Assembly: GCA_039024555.1 (NCBI GenBank)
Contig: JBCCQQ010000001.1
Span: 160,001-224,000, forward strand
Direction of reading: 5' to 3'
From: Cyanobacteria bacterium P01_D01_bin.156
GTDB lineage: Bacteria; Cyanobacteriota; Cyanobacteriia; Phormidesmidales; Phormidesmidaceae
Length of the DNA stretch: 64,000 nucleotides
Part shown: one piece after another, positions 30,830 through 40,946 of the stretch
How positions within the stretch are numbered: the first letter of the stretch is position 1
Layout of the letters: each line of letters starts with the position of its first letter
Translations under genes and position numbers: made by a program
The notes under the pieces: generated by a model
Seen by the model: the letters and a program-made list of their open reading frames with translations, nothing else
The model's database searches: none
What the model was told of the DNA's origin: nothing

Positions 30830-32326
30830 TTATGACTCACTCAAAATAGGGTCTAAGTTTATGTACTGTTCAACGGTATTAGCCAGAGTGTTTAGCATGG
30901 CATCTCGCTGTTCTCGATAGTTCGCAATACCGGTAGGTAAAGAGCCTAGGCCCCGCTGCTGTCGCAAACGGTTGAGCCAAGCGCGCCGCCAAGGACCATT
31001 ATCAAAAATGCCATGTAGATAAGTGCCCCAGAGGGACTCAGTTTCATCAACAATACCCAAACTGCGGTCGTCAAAGATTGGTTGGAACTTAGGTCCAGGG
31101 TCTCCACCTTCGGGAGTCATCACGAGTTGAGTACGACCGTGGTGAATTTCATAACCATTCACCGGTAGACCTTCCTGAGGGTGCTTAGAACTGACAGACC
31201 GCTGCCGTGCCACCTTATTTTGGGTAATCACAGTGCGTAGGGGCAAGATACTGAGACCTCTAAAACGTCCCTCTTGGCCTTCTAACCCTTCAGGATCGGC
31301 CAGCATTTGTCCCATGAGCTGAAACCCACCACAAATACCAAGCACTGTGCCACCTGCTGCTGCATAATTTTGAATGGCCTCCGCCATACCCGTACGCTGC
31401 AGAATTAAGAGATCGGCAATAGCTGTTTTAGTCCCTGGCAAAATAACTGCATCGGGATGTCCTAAATCTTCCTTGGGGCTGAGGTACCGCACATTGACAG
31501 AAGGTTCCGCTTCTAAGGGATCAAAGTCAGTAAAGTTGGAAATTCTAGGAAGACGAATTACAGCAACATTTAGCTCAGCAGATTGTTTTTCGATAGGACG
31601 ATTCATTAGGGCCATTGACCCCTCAGCCATTAGATTATTATCTAGCCAAGGCACCACCCCGAGCACTGGAATGTTAGTGCGTTTTTCTAGCCAGTCGATA
31701 CCTGGTTGAAGTGCTTGGGTTTGACCGTGAAACTTGTTCAGAATAACGCCTTTAATTAGGGAACGTTCCTCAGGTTCCAGCAGCTCGAGAGTACCGATGA
31801 TATGAGCAAAGGCACCCCCTCGGTCAATATCGGTCACCAGAATAGTGGGAGCGTTTAATGCCTGGGCAATTTTCATATTGGCAAGATCGCGATTCTTAGT
31901 CGTAATCTCGGCAGGGTTACCATTACCTTCACAAATTAATAGGTCAAATTCTTGACCAAGACGGGCCAGGCTCTCTTGTACGGCTTGCCAGCCCGTTTCA
32001 AAATAGGTTTCGTAGTAATGACTAGCAGTCGTTTGTCCTACGGGGCGTCCTTTAATAATCACTTGAGCTTTGCCACTGTTACCTTGAGGTTTCAGCAAAA
32101 CCGGATTCATTTCAGCCTGGGGAGAAACACCTGCAGCCCACGCTTGTACAGCTTGCGCATAACCAATTTCAGCACCGTTAGCAGTCACATATGCATTGAG
32201 GGCTGTATTCTGACCCTTGAACGGAGCTACTCGCCACCCCCGGCGACTGAGTATACGGCAAAGTGCTGTGACAAGTAGAGATTTCCCTGCGTGGGAGGTG
32301 GTCCCCACTACCATAATGGCCTTCAT
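30830..32326 (-). CDS. cobQ: Cobyric acid synthase (motifs partly divergent)
   Basis: VGTTSHAGKS, DIDRGG, ISNFTDFDPL, GICGGFQ and GTYLHG motifs. Confidence 0.88.
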   Translation of the reverse strand: MKAIMVVGTTSHAGKSLLVTALCRILSRRGWRVAPFKGQNTALNAYVTANGAEIGYAQAVQAWAAGVSPQAEMNPVLLKPQGNSGKAQVIIKGRPVGQTTASHYYETYFETGWQAVQESLARLGQEFDLLICEGNGNPAEITTKNRDLANMKIAQALNAPTILVTDIDRGGAFAHIIGTLELLEPEERSLIKGVILNKFHGQTQALQPGIDWLEKRTNIPVLGVVPWLDNNLMAEGSMALMNRPIEKQSAELNVAVIRLPRISNFTDFDPLEAEPSVNVRYLSPKEDLGHPDAVILPGTKTAIADLLILQRTGMAEAIQNYAAAGGTVLGICGGFQLMGQMLADPEGLEGQEGRFRGLSILPLRTVITQNKVARQRSVSSKHPQEGLPVNGYEIHHGRTQLVMTPEGGDPGPKFQPIFDDRSLGIVDETESLWGTYLHGIFDNGPWRRAWLNRLRQQRGLGSLPTGIANYREQRDAMLNTLANTVEQYINLDPILSES

Positions 32327-32648
32327 CTATAGTGTCTCCCGGTCTAACTGGAGTGTTAGTAATTGCAATAGTGATTTTGGAATATCGAGGTGGAATAACG
32401 GCTTTTAGGATCAGTATGGGCAATATTCGTGGCTTACTTTAGCTGTAGTTAGGAGATTGTGTCATGGCATCACCTTACCCAACCTCCAGGCTTTATCCAT
32501 CGTTGGTTGTAAACAGTTTTACTGGTGAAGTTACAACATTAGCGATGGATAATGTTGTACATGATGCTGTCAGACAGGCTTGCCAAAGGACATTACATGT
32601 CAAGACAATGCCCTGTCAGGATTGGGGAACTTCCCCAGTTAATCCTCG

Positions 32649-33050
32649 CTATCTTAGCCAAACAGGTAGTCTGAACCATCGGTTTCTGGTATTGGATAAA
32701 TAATCCACAAGGCTGCCTGTGGAATCCGGACGACCTGCAGCTTCCCAATGGTCTACGAGTTGCCGACCAATTGGGGTCAGGCGAAATTTATCAGTCAGCC
32801 CTTGCCCATCCACTTCTCTACGGACAATGCCAAGCTCCATAAGCCAGCCCAGGTGGGTGTCAGCAGCAACCTCAGAGAGGGGCTGACGAGTGTACCCATT
32901 GAGCATGCCCCGATCTTCGCTGATGGCACGCAGGGAAACACTGCTTGCTTGCATAGTAGACAGTAATTTCATATGGAAGGGACTACAGCTTACAGCGCAT
33001 TTAGCACGAGCTAAGGCTTTAGGCTGAGGTGTAAGAGTGGAGGAGGTCAT
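32649..33050 (-). CDS. Conserved cyanobacterial protein, Npun_F0494 family
   Basis: GIVRREVDGQGLTDKFRLTPIGRQL motif. Confidence 0.8.
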   Translation of the reverse strand: MTSSTLTPQPKALARAKCAVSCSPFHMKLLSTMQASSVSLRAISEDRGMLNGYTRQPLSEVAADTHLGWLMELGIVRREVDGQGLTDKFRLTPIGRQLVDHWEAAGRPDSTGSLVDYLSNTRNRWFRLPVWLR

Positions 33051-33058
33051 ACCTGAAA

Positions 33059-35788
33059 CTACTCTTCTTCAGAAGTATTGCTGTTATCCTTTTCATTATC
33101 TCCCGGTGCCAAAGAATTCGCCTCATCCACAGTGATATTGGCTGCTTCATTAACCGGAAAACGATTGATTAGATAGGCCGCTTGACGAGCCGTTGATTTG
33201 ACAGTGCTAGATACAAAGGGGATGTGATGAATCTGGGACAAAATATCTAGAGTGCGCCGTAAAATGCGGACCACATCCCCTTCATCAAGGCTGGTATTTT
33301 GGCACAGGTCATTCCAATCGGTTTCTAAGGCCCAAGCTTCTACGAGAGCAATGAGGTTCCATTCCAAAGGCACAGGCAAGGTAACTTGGTAACGACGCTG
33401 TTGCTGAAACAGCTGTCGCCGTATAGAACGTAAACCTTCTAGGGCTTCAATCACACCATTGGATGTACGATAGTGGGTCCACGTATCAGGACGGGTAATT
33501 TCGGTAACGATGGCAGCGCAAGCAGCAGCAAATTGATGAGGTTCTAAGTGGTCAAATTCTCCAGACCCTAGGGATAGGGCCAGCCATAGCTCATTTTCAC
33601 CACGAAGAGCCGCAGCCATCTTACCAAAGTTAGTAGGTTGGCTATTATCTAAACCACCAAAGGTTTCTAGGATAGCCATTAAATTTGAAAATTCTTCCCA
33701 GTAACGACTGGCGTATTTTTGGTATTGTGCTTTGAGATCTCTGAGTTCGGATTCTAGCGCTTGTAGCTGCTGTTGTTTTTTGACTAACGTTTTGGGTTTA
33801 CCGAATTCATTTAAGGGGTGGGCCTCTAGCTTATCTGCAACGGATTGCATGCGATCGCGCTGGTCTTTAACCTCAGGGGCCAGTTGATCTAGAGTCGGCA
33901 ATGACGTAGGAATCCATTGAGCCACGGCAATAGACACATCATCACCAGCCCATTTACTCCCCGCCTTGAGAGGTAACTCAGCAGGAGGTGTCAGAGTATC
34001 TACGGCAGAAATTCGCTCATACTTTTCGTACAGACCAAACACATCAGTGGCAGTGGCCATAATCCAATGGTTATCAGCCGTGAGACAGGTTAGATAAGTA
34101 ACCTTGCCAGGGCCGAGAATTTTTGTCACTAAAACAGCAGGTAGAGGATTATGAACCTTAATATGCTTACCTTTGAGGGAAAGCACCGTACCTGCCACCG
34201 TAAAATTCACCGCCGTTAGAAGATTTCCCGTCAGCTTTTCAATGGCTTGCTTATCTAAAATCTTTAGCAGCCGACGTTCTTCCCGAAGACGCTCCTTCAG
34301 CTTGGCATAGTCGGCAACCATGGCATCATCCACCACAGCCAGCTGCTCACGGATAAGCTCAATACTATGCTCTACCTCAGAGATAGCACGCTGCTGTGGA
34401 ACTAGATGTAGGGTAGATAGGTATTGACCAAAACTACGCTCCACCAAATCGCGGGTTTCTGGGAGGGAGTGCGTTTGGAGCAAGTTCAGGACCATGCCAT
34501 AGCTAGGGGTGAATTGACTAACTAACGGATCTGGTTTGGCCAGGGCCAGATAGCCTGCTTCCTGAGCTCCCTCAAACGGAGTTTCCACGGTCACAACATG
34601 ACCTTCAGAATCCATACCCCGCCGCCCAGCCCGACCGGCCATCTGCAAAAATTCTGATGCCCGCAGCAGGCGATGGCCACTGTCAGTACGCTTAGAAAGG
34701 TTAGAAATAACCGTTGTACGAGCAGGCATGTTAATTCCTGCGGCTAGGGTTTCTGTCGCAAAAACCACTTTAATCAAGCCTGCCTGAAAGAGCTCTTCAA
34801 CCAGGCTTTTCCAAGCAGGTAATAATCCAGCATGGTGAGCGGCAATCCCACGATAAAGCGGATCTACCTGACCGGCTCGGGCAGCTTCTGGATTAGCCGC
34901 TAAAAACTCATCAATCCGCTGCTTAAGTGCTCTTGCTTCAGATGAAGATACTAAAGATAAATTGCTGATGTTTTGAACCGCTTTGTCACAGCCCTTGCGA
35001 CTAAAAATAAAAAAGATAGCTGGCAACATATCTCGTTGCTGCAGCTGAGCAACAATCAAAGCCATCGTGGCAGTCACAGGCTTTTTCTTTTGACCTTTTT
35101 GGCGACGCGGCGGTCGGCGATGTCTTTTGAGATGACTATGGAGAGCCGTCTTTTTCTCGTTTAAAAGCGGAAAGATGCCTTTGCTAGTAGCAAAATGCAT
35201 CGTTAATGGCACTGGGCGAAAGTTAGAATAAATGAGCTGACTAGGGCCATGGATTTTGGCAATCCAATCAGTCAGCTGATCGCCATTGGCAACAGTCGCT
35301 GATAGCCCCACCAGCTGAATTTCGTGGGGACAATAAATAATAGATTCTTCCCAGACAGTTCCTCGCTGCCGATCGTTCATATAATGACACTCGTCTAGAA
35401 CAACGGTCTGCACATCCCGAACTGAATGCCCCACCTCCCCCATCGTGGTGCCGTAAAGCATGTTGCGAAAAATTTCTGTAGTCATGACCAGAATAGGAGC
35501 TTCACGATTCACGGAAGTATCCCCGGTCAGCAACCCCACGTTACTCTGGCCAAACAGCTTCTGAAAGTCTCGTAGTTTTTGGTTGGATAAGGCTTTAAGC
35601 GGGGTTGTATAAAATACTCGTTTCTTTTCGTGGAGGGCTTTATGGATTGCATATTCGCCCACTAGGGTTTTCCCTGACCCTGTGGGGGCACAGACAATCA
35701 CAGACTGCCCTTGATTGAGGGCGTCAATCGCTTCCACTTGAAATGGATCCAGAGTAAATGGAAATAAATTTTCAGGTGTTAACACCAA
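33059..35788 (-). CDS. Ski2/HelY-like DExH RNA helicase
   Basis: APTGSGKT, DECH, SAT and QMAGRAGRRG motifs, plus a C-terminal DSHCT-like DEGDVVR. Confidence 0.92.
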   Translation of the reverse strand: MVLTPENLFPFTLDPFQVEAIDALNQGQSVIVCAPTGSGKTLVGEYAIHKALHEKKRVFYTTPLKALSNQKLRDFQKLFGQSNVGLLTGDTSVNREAPILVMTTEIFRNMLYGTTMGEVGHSVRDVQTVVLDECHYMNDRQRGTVWEESIIYCPHEIQLVGLSATVANGDQLTDWIAKIHGPSQLIYSNFRPVPLTMHFATSKGIFPLLNEKKTALHSHLKRHRRPPRRQKGQKKKPVTATMALIVAQLQQRDMLPAIFFIFSRKGCDKAVQNISNLSLVSSSEARALKQRIDEFLAANPEAARAGQVDPLYRGIAAHHAGLLPAWKSLVEELFQAGLIKVVFATETLAAGINMPARTTVISNLSKRTDSGHRLLRASEFLQMAGRAGRRGMDSEGHVVTVETPFEGAQEAGYLALAKPDPLVSQFTPSYGMVLNLLQTHSLPETRDLVERSFGQYLSTLHLVPQQRAISEVEHSIELIREQLAVVDDAMVADYAKLKERLREERRLLKILDKQAIEKLTGNLLTAVNFTVAGTVLSLKGKHIKVHNPLPAVLVTKILGPGKVTYLTCLTADNHWIMATATDVFGLYEKYERISAVDTLTPPAELPLKAGSKWAGDDVSIAVAQWIPTSLPTLDQLAPEVKDQRDRMQSVADKLEAHPLNEFGKPKTLVKKQQQLQALESELRDLKAQYQKYASRYWEEFSNLMAILETFGGLDNSQPTNFGKMAAALRGENELWLALSLGSGEFDHLEPHQFAAACAAIVTEITRPDTWTHYRTSNGVIEALEGLRSIRRQLFQQQRRYQVTLPVPLEWNLIALVEAWALETDWNDLCQNTSLDEGDVVRILRRTLDILSQIHHIPFVSSTVKSTARQAAYLINRFPVNEAANITVDEANSLAPGDNEKDNSNTSEEE

Positions 35789-35914
35789 AATCCTTAAGAC
35801 CTTTGCTTGGGTTGGCCCTATTGTGCCAGAGGAGTGGAAAAGTTGGTGGAATTGACAGGACTAATGATGAACTCAAGATGAGGAGGCTTAAAGACTCCTT
35901 GAAAGCACTCAGTG

Positions 35915-35944
35915 TTTTACCTTCTCTTAACCTTTGTTTTTATT
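35915..35944 (+). promoter_or_regulatory. Putative Pho box (SphR site)
   Basis: TTTTACCT-tct-CTTAACCT-ttg-TTTTTATT: three 8-mers with 11-bp period, about 145-170 bp upstream of the phosphatase gene. Confidence 0.6.
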
Positions 35945-36086
35945 AGGTATTTTACTTTCAGAATGAATCTTTGCTGCGGCTTGGCCTGCGCCACGTTTAG
36001 CCTAAGGAAGCGGTAGCGAGATGTCCTGGGGGTCCGTCCATACAACGTGTTCAACATCCAAGTTTATCTAGATAACGAAATCATCC

Positions 36087-37664
36087 ATGACACTTAAGTA
36101 TATGTTGGGGGCAGTCATCCCAGCGGTTGTGCTTACGAGTGCGATCTCTACTCCTGCGTCTGCGTTCACCCTAAGCCGCGTTGGCAGCGCTGAAGTTGAG
36201 AGTGGTGCAGAGATTTCTGCGTTTGATGCGGATACTGCCAATTTGTTCGTCACCACTGGCGACACCATTGAGATTTTTAATCTAAGTACTCCAAGTGCGC
36301 CTAACTTTTTTGGCTCCATTGACCTGACTAACCCTGCCAATATTGGTGGTTTTGTCGGCGGTGGTGTGAATAGCGTTGCATTTGGCAATGGTATTTTGGC
36401 TGCTGCAATTGAAGCCGAAACTGCACAGGACAATGGCATCGTTGCATTTTTTGATGCCTTTGGTAGTTTTCAAACTTCCTTTGAAGTCGGCGCTCTACCC
36501 GATATGGTTACCTTTACCCCCGATGGCAGCAAGGTGCTTGTGGCCAACGAAGGTGAGCCCAGCGATGAGTATGATGTGGATCCTGAAGGTTCCGTCAGCA
36601 TTATTGATATTGCTAACAGCACCGTAAACAGCATCGGCTTCGGTGGCGTTGCCATTGACCCTGAGGTGCGCATTTTTGGTCCTGGAGCAACGCCTGAGCA
36701 AGATTTAGAGCCTGAATTCATCGCAGTGTCTGAAGATGGCTCCACCGCTTACGTTGCCATTCAAGAAAACAATGCCCTAGGGATTCTAGACCTGGAAACT
36801 GAGTCCTTCACCGCAGTGAAGAGTCTTGGCTTTAAGGATCACAGCCTTGAAGGTAATGGTTTTGATGCTAGCAACCGGGATGACGGCATCAATATCCAAA
36901 CTCATCCAGTATTGGGTATGTATCAGCCAGATGCGATCGCAACATACACCGTCGATGGTGAAACCTATGTAGTCACCGCCAATGAGGGCGACGCCCGTGA
37001 CTATGACGGCTTTTCCGAAGAAGAGCGAGTGGCCGATCTTGTTTTAGATCCCACCGCTTATCCCAACGCGGCTGAACTACAGCTAGATGAGAATCTAGGC
37101 CGTCTAAAAACCACTAACACCCTGGGTGACACTGACGGCGACGGCGATGTAGACCAGATCTATAGCTACGGTGCCCGTTCATTCTCCATTTGGGACGCTG
37201 AAGGCAACCTAGTCTTTGACAGTGGTGATGAATTTGAGCAGTTTATTGCCGCTAACTTCCCCGAGCTGTTCAACATCAACGACGGTGACCCCGAAGAATT
37301 TGATGAGCGCAGCGATGACAAAGGTCCTGAGCCCGAAGGTGTCACCGTTGGCATCGTTGATGGTAAGCCCGTTGCCTTTATTGGTCTAGAGCGTACCGGT
37401 GGCGTCATGGTATACGACATCTCCAATCCTGCTGCGCCGAGCTTTATCAGCTACGAGCCCAGCTTCAAAGGCGATGTTAGCCCCGAAGGCTTACTATTCA
37501 TCGACGGAGAAGATAGTCCCACTGGACAATCCCTATTAGTCGTTACTAACGAAGAAAGCAACACCTTCTCTGTTTACCAACCTGTACCTGAGCCCGGCAC
37601 AATGCTCGGCCTCTTGGGTGGCGCTGCCGCATTATTTGGTATCAAACGTAAGCGGAGCGAATAG
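36087..37664 (+). CDS. Choice-of-anchor I / alkaline-phosphatase-like beta-propeller protein with PEP-CTERM anchor
   Basis: Signal peptide, VGALPDMVTF, ANEGEP, EPEFIAV and RSDDKGPEPEG motifs; C-terminal VPEP-TM-KRKR. Confidence 0.88.
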   Translation: MTLKYMLGAVIPAVVLTSAISTPASAFTLSRVGSAEVESGAEISAFDADTANLFVTTGDTIEIFNLSTPSAPNFFGSIDLTNPANIGGFVGGGVNSVAFGNGILAAAIEAETAQDNGIVAFFDAFGSFQTSFEVGALPDMVTFTPDGSKVLVANEGEPSDEYDVDPEGSVSIIDIANSTVNSIGFGGVAIDPEVRIFGPGATPEQDLEPEFIAVSEDGSTAYVAIQENNALGILDLETESFTAVKSLGFKDHSLEGNGFDASNRDDGINIQTHPVLGMYQPDAIATYTVDGETYVVTANEGDARDYDGFSEEERVADLVLDPTAYPNAAELQLDENLGRLKTTNTLGDTDGDGDVDQIYSYGARSFSIWDAEGNLVFDSGDEFEQFIAANFPELFNINDGDPEEFDERSDDKGPEPEGVTVGIVDGKPVAFIGLERTGGVMVYDISNPAAPSFISYEPSFKGDVSPEGLLFIDGEDSPTGQSLLVVTNEESNTFSVYQPVPEPGTMLGLLGGAAALFGIKRKRSE

Positions 37665-37715
37665 TTCCACCTTTCCAATACAACGACTGAAGATAAATCA
37701 CTACGACCTACACTT

Positions 37716-37750
37716 TTCCCCTGAATTGATGTCTCAATCCAGGGGATTTT
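37716..37750 (+). terminator. Hairpin/terminator after the PEP-CTERM gene
   Basis: TCCCCTGAATTGA-tgtc-TCAATCCAGGGGA followed by tttt. Confidence 0.6.
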
Positions 37751-37923
37751 CTTAGACAGCGCTTATTAGTCCCCAAACATCAACACACTTGTATTCAGTC
37801 AACATTATTTTCAAGGGAGCACCAAGCTGTACTATGGACTCAACTTTCTCGCTGTCGGTGGTGAACCTAAGATCGTTTGTTGAACGCGTTGGGACAAGGC
37901 CCTAACACCGCTGCTATTTACCC

Positions 37924-39141
37924 ATGCCCCATAAACTCTTATTCATTAGCAACGGCCACGGCGAAGATAATCACTCTTCCCACATTATTCGGAGCTTGCG
38001 CGAACTCGCCCCCAACATCGACATTGCTGCCGCCCCAATTGTGGGTGAAGGGCATGCCTATCGCAATATCAATGTTCCAATTATTGCTCCCACCCTCACC
38101 CTGCCATCGGGCGGGTTTACCTACACCAATCGTCTACGGCTGATTAATGATATTCGCGCTGGTCTACTCACGTCTACCTGGCGACAACTTCAGGCGGTGC
38201 GCCGCTACGCCCCCCAGTGTGATCTCGTATTTGCCACCGGAGATGTGGTGGGCCAGTGTTTTGCTTACCTGAGTGGTAAACCATTTATTTCTTTTACCTC
38301 ACCGCTATCGGCGATGTACGAAGGCACTCTCAAACTAGATTTAGTGCTGAAAGCCGTACTCAAGTCACCCCGATGTTTAACACTTTTTTCTCGCGATGCT
38401 CACACAGCTCAAGATTACCAAAAACAAGGATTTACCAAAGCCCAATTTGGTGGAATTCCATCCTTAGATCGGCTTAATCCCAAAGGCAAAGATCTAGGTC
38501 TTGACTCAAGTCGCCCAATGATGGCTTTGTTACCAGGATCTCGAATTCCCGAAGCCATGAGAAATCTCAAGCTACTCCTGGGACTAGTGGTTGAAATTGC
38601 GCACAGGAATCCTCAAGTACAGTTTCGAGCAGCTCTTGTCCCAGATGTCATGTCTGATCTAGAGGCCATAGCTGCTTCCGCTGGTTGGCAGTGCAATGGG
38701 CACAAACTGACGTATCTATCTCCTAAAGGCAGTTCTATGACCACCGTGCTGTGTTTTAGTGATGCCTTTAGCGACATTGTTTGCAACACCACTCTGGTGT
38801 TGGGCATGGCTGGCTTAGCCGTAGATCAAGCTATGGCTATCGGTAAACCCATCTTGCAAATCCCTGGAGCAGGCCCCCAGTTTACCTACGCCTTCGCAGA
38901 AGCGCAGGATCGACTGTTGGGTCTTTCGGTAAAAACCATCGGGACTGAACCCGCAACACCAGAAACCTTACAAGAAGCTGCCCAATATGCTGTAAAAGTC
39001 ATTCAAGATGACGATTATCTAAAAGCCTGTATTGAAAATGGACAAGAACGCTTTGGCCCCTTTGGAGCATCCTATCGTATTGCTAAAGTGATTCTCTCAA
39101 CGTTAGAAGAACAACAAAAGGATAAAGCAATCGCTGAGTAG
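37924..39141 (+). CDS. Lipid-A-disaccharide synthase-related GT-B protein
   Basis: LLFISNGHGED, LPSGGF, LLPGSR and GPQFTYAFAEAQ motifs. Confidence 0.82.
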   Translation: MPHKLLFISNGHGEDNHSSHIIRSLRELAPNIDIAAAPIVGEGHAYRNINVPIIAPTLTLPSGGFTYTNRLRLINDIRAGLLTSTWRQLQAVRRYAPQCDLVFATGDVVGQCFAYLSGKPFISFTSPLSAMYEGTLKLDLVLKAVLKSPRCLTLFSRDAHTAQDYQKQGFTKAQFGGIPSLDRLNPKGKDLGLDSSRPMMALLPGSRIPEAMRNLKLLLGLVVEIAHRNPQVQFRAALVPDVMSDLEAIAASAGWQCNGHKLTYLSPKGSSMTTVLCFSDAFSDIVCNTTLVLGMAGLAVDQAMAIGKPILQIPGAGPQFTYAFAEAQDRLLGLSVKTIGTEPATPETLQEAAQYAVKVIQDDDYLKACIENGQERFGPFGASYRIAKVILSTLEEQQKDKAIAE

Positions 39142-39200
39142 TAAAACAATTCAGCGATTGCTTCACAATGATTTTCCTCGATTTTTGAGTTTAAGGATTT

Positions 39201-40934
39201 ATGGTTTCAAAACAACGATCAGTCTATTGGCAGCTGTTGCCCTTTTTACATCCCCAATGGCCGCTGTTTACCTGGTCGTTTGTATTTATTGTAGGCTACG
39301 TGCTCTCTACCATCACATTGCCATATCTGGCTGGGCAGGTCACATACTTTATTAGCCAAGGCGAAGTCCCTAATATTGCCAGGTGGCTGGGATTTACAAC
39401 CCTAGCATTCCTAGTTCAAAACCTTTTTCAATATGGAGAGAAGGTTTTCTCCATACGTGCATCTTTAGCTACAGTATTAGAGCTGCGAAAGAAAGTATAC
39501 GCACACCTGCATCAGCTCAATATCGATTACTTTGCCTCCGCTAAAACGGGTGATCTTTCCTACCGCCTCACGGAGGATATTGATCGTATTGGCGAAGTAA
39601 TTTACAAAATGTCGCAACAGTTTATCTCTTGCGTATTTCAGCTGATTGCCATTCCCATATATATGTTTTATCTCAATTGGCCCCTCACACTAGCGGGCTT
39701 TTTGATTGCACCGTTAATGGCTTGGTTAATTGGCACCTTTGGTAATCGTATGTTGTCGTTATCACGTCGTAGCCAAAACGAGATTTCGAACCTATCTGCT
39801 TTACTCACAGAGGTCTTAGGAAATATCCGTGTAGTCAAGGCATTCGCAGCCGACAAGTATGAAGTAGAACGCTTTAGTGCCGTTGCGGATGAAAATCGTA
39901 TCGCAAAATATCGAACTGAGCATCTCACGGCAATTCAATACCCAGTCGTCGGATTTCTAGAGGCTGTCGGAATTATGTTTCTCTTTCTGCTAGGAGGCTG
40001 GCAGATTGCACTAGGAAAATTAGCACCTCAAGAGTTTGTCAGCTTTTTGGTAGCTGTAGCTCTGCTGATCGATCCAATTAACCTAGTTACCCAACATTAC
40101 AACACCTTTAAACAAGCTGAAGCTTCTGCCGAACGAGTCTTCGAAATTTTTGCAGAGCAGCCCACACTCAGAGAAAAACCAGATGCCCACGTATTACCTT
40201 CCATTACAGGCAAAGTCGAATATCATCGCGTAAGCTTTGCATATCCATCCAGCCAAACTGTCTTTAAAGATCTCTCATTGCTGGTACATCCTGGAGATGT
40301 TGTTGCTCTAGTGGGGCCATCAGGAGCAGGAAAAACCACCTTAGTAAATCTATTAGCAAGGTTCTACGATCCACAGACGGGTGAGGTTTTGGTAGATGGT
40401 GTAAATATACGAGATGTAACTCTGCAAAGTTTACGACAACAGATTGGTATCGTACCTCAGGAGACTACCTTATTTTCAGGTACCATTGCTCAGAATATTG
40501 CCTATGGTCAAACGAAGCTGGATCAACAAGCGATTGAGGCAGCAGCAAAGATTTCAAATGCCCATAACTTTATTCAACAATTTTCTCAGGGTTATCACAC
40601 TTGGGTAGGGGAACGAGGTGTAAATCTGTCAGGTGGTCAACGACAACGTATTGCGATCGCTCGGGCAATACTTTTAAACCCTAGGATTTTAATCCTAGAT
40701 GAAGCCACATCAGCCCTGGATTCTGAATCAGAAGCACTCGTACAAGAGGCACTGGAACGAGCAATGGAAAACCGAACAGTGTTTATCATTGCGCATCGGC
40801 TCAGTACCGTGAGAAAAGCGGATCGCATTTTGTTTGTTGAAAACGGTCAGATTGCAGAAGCTGGGACGCACTTAGAACTACTAGAACAGCAGGGACGTTA
40901 CGAGCAGTTTTACACACAACAGTTTAAGGAATAG
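39201..40934 (+). CDS. MsbA-like ABC exporter
   Basis: Six-TM domain, GPSGAGKT, LSGGQRQ and ILDEATS motifs. Confidence 0.9.
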   Translation: MVSKQRSVYWQLLPFLHPQWPLFTWSFVFIVGYVLSTITLPYLAGQVTYFISQGEVPNIARWLGFTTLAFLVQNLFQYGEKVFSIRASLATVLELRKKVYAHLHQLNIDYFASAKTGDLSYRLTEDIDRIGEVIYKMSQQFISCVFQLIAIPIYMFYLNWPLTLAGFLIAPLMAWLIGTFGNRMLSLSRRSQNEISNLSALLTEVLGNIRVVKAFAADKYEVERFSAVADENRIAKYRTEHLTAIQYPVVGFLEAVGIMFLFLLGGWQIALGKLAPQEFVSFLVAVALLIDPINLVTQHYNTFKQAEASAERVFEIFAEQPTLREKPDAHVLPSITGKVEYHRVSFAYPSSQTVFKDLSLLVHPGDVVALVGPSGAGKTTLVNLLARFYDPQTGEVLVDGVNIRDVTLQSLRQQIGIVPQETTLFSGTIAQNIAYGQTKLDQQAIEAAAKISNAHNFIQQFSQGYHTWVGERGVNLSGGQRQRIAIARAILLNPRILILDEATSALDSESEALVQEALERAMENRTVFIIAHRLSTVRKADRILFVENGQIAEAGTHLELLEQQGRYEQFYTQQFKE

Positions 40935-40946
40935 AACGCTCTCGCC

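Noticed and set aside
32330..32645. Cobalamin riboswitch upstream of cobQ
   Set aside because: No convincing B12-box. The GGGGAA/TTCCCC hairpin near 32623-32637 is better explained as the 3' hairpin of the upstream gene.
32464..32703. 79-aa plus-strand ORF
   Set aside because: Overlaps the 3' end of the Npun_F0494 gene on the opposite strand and spans hairpins; probably spurious.
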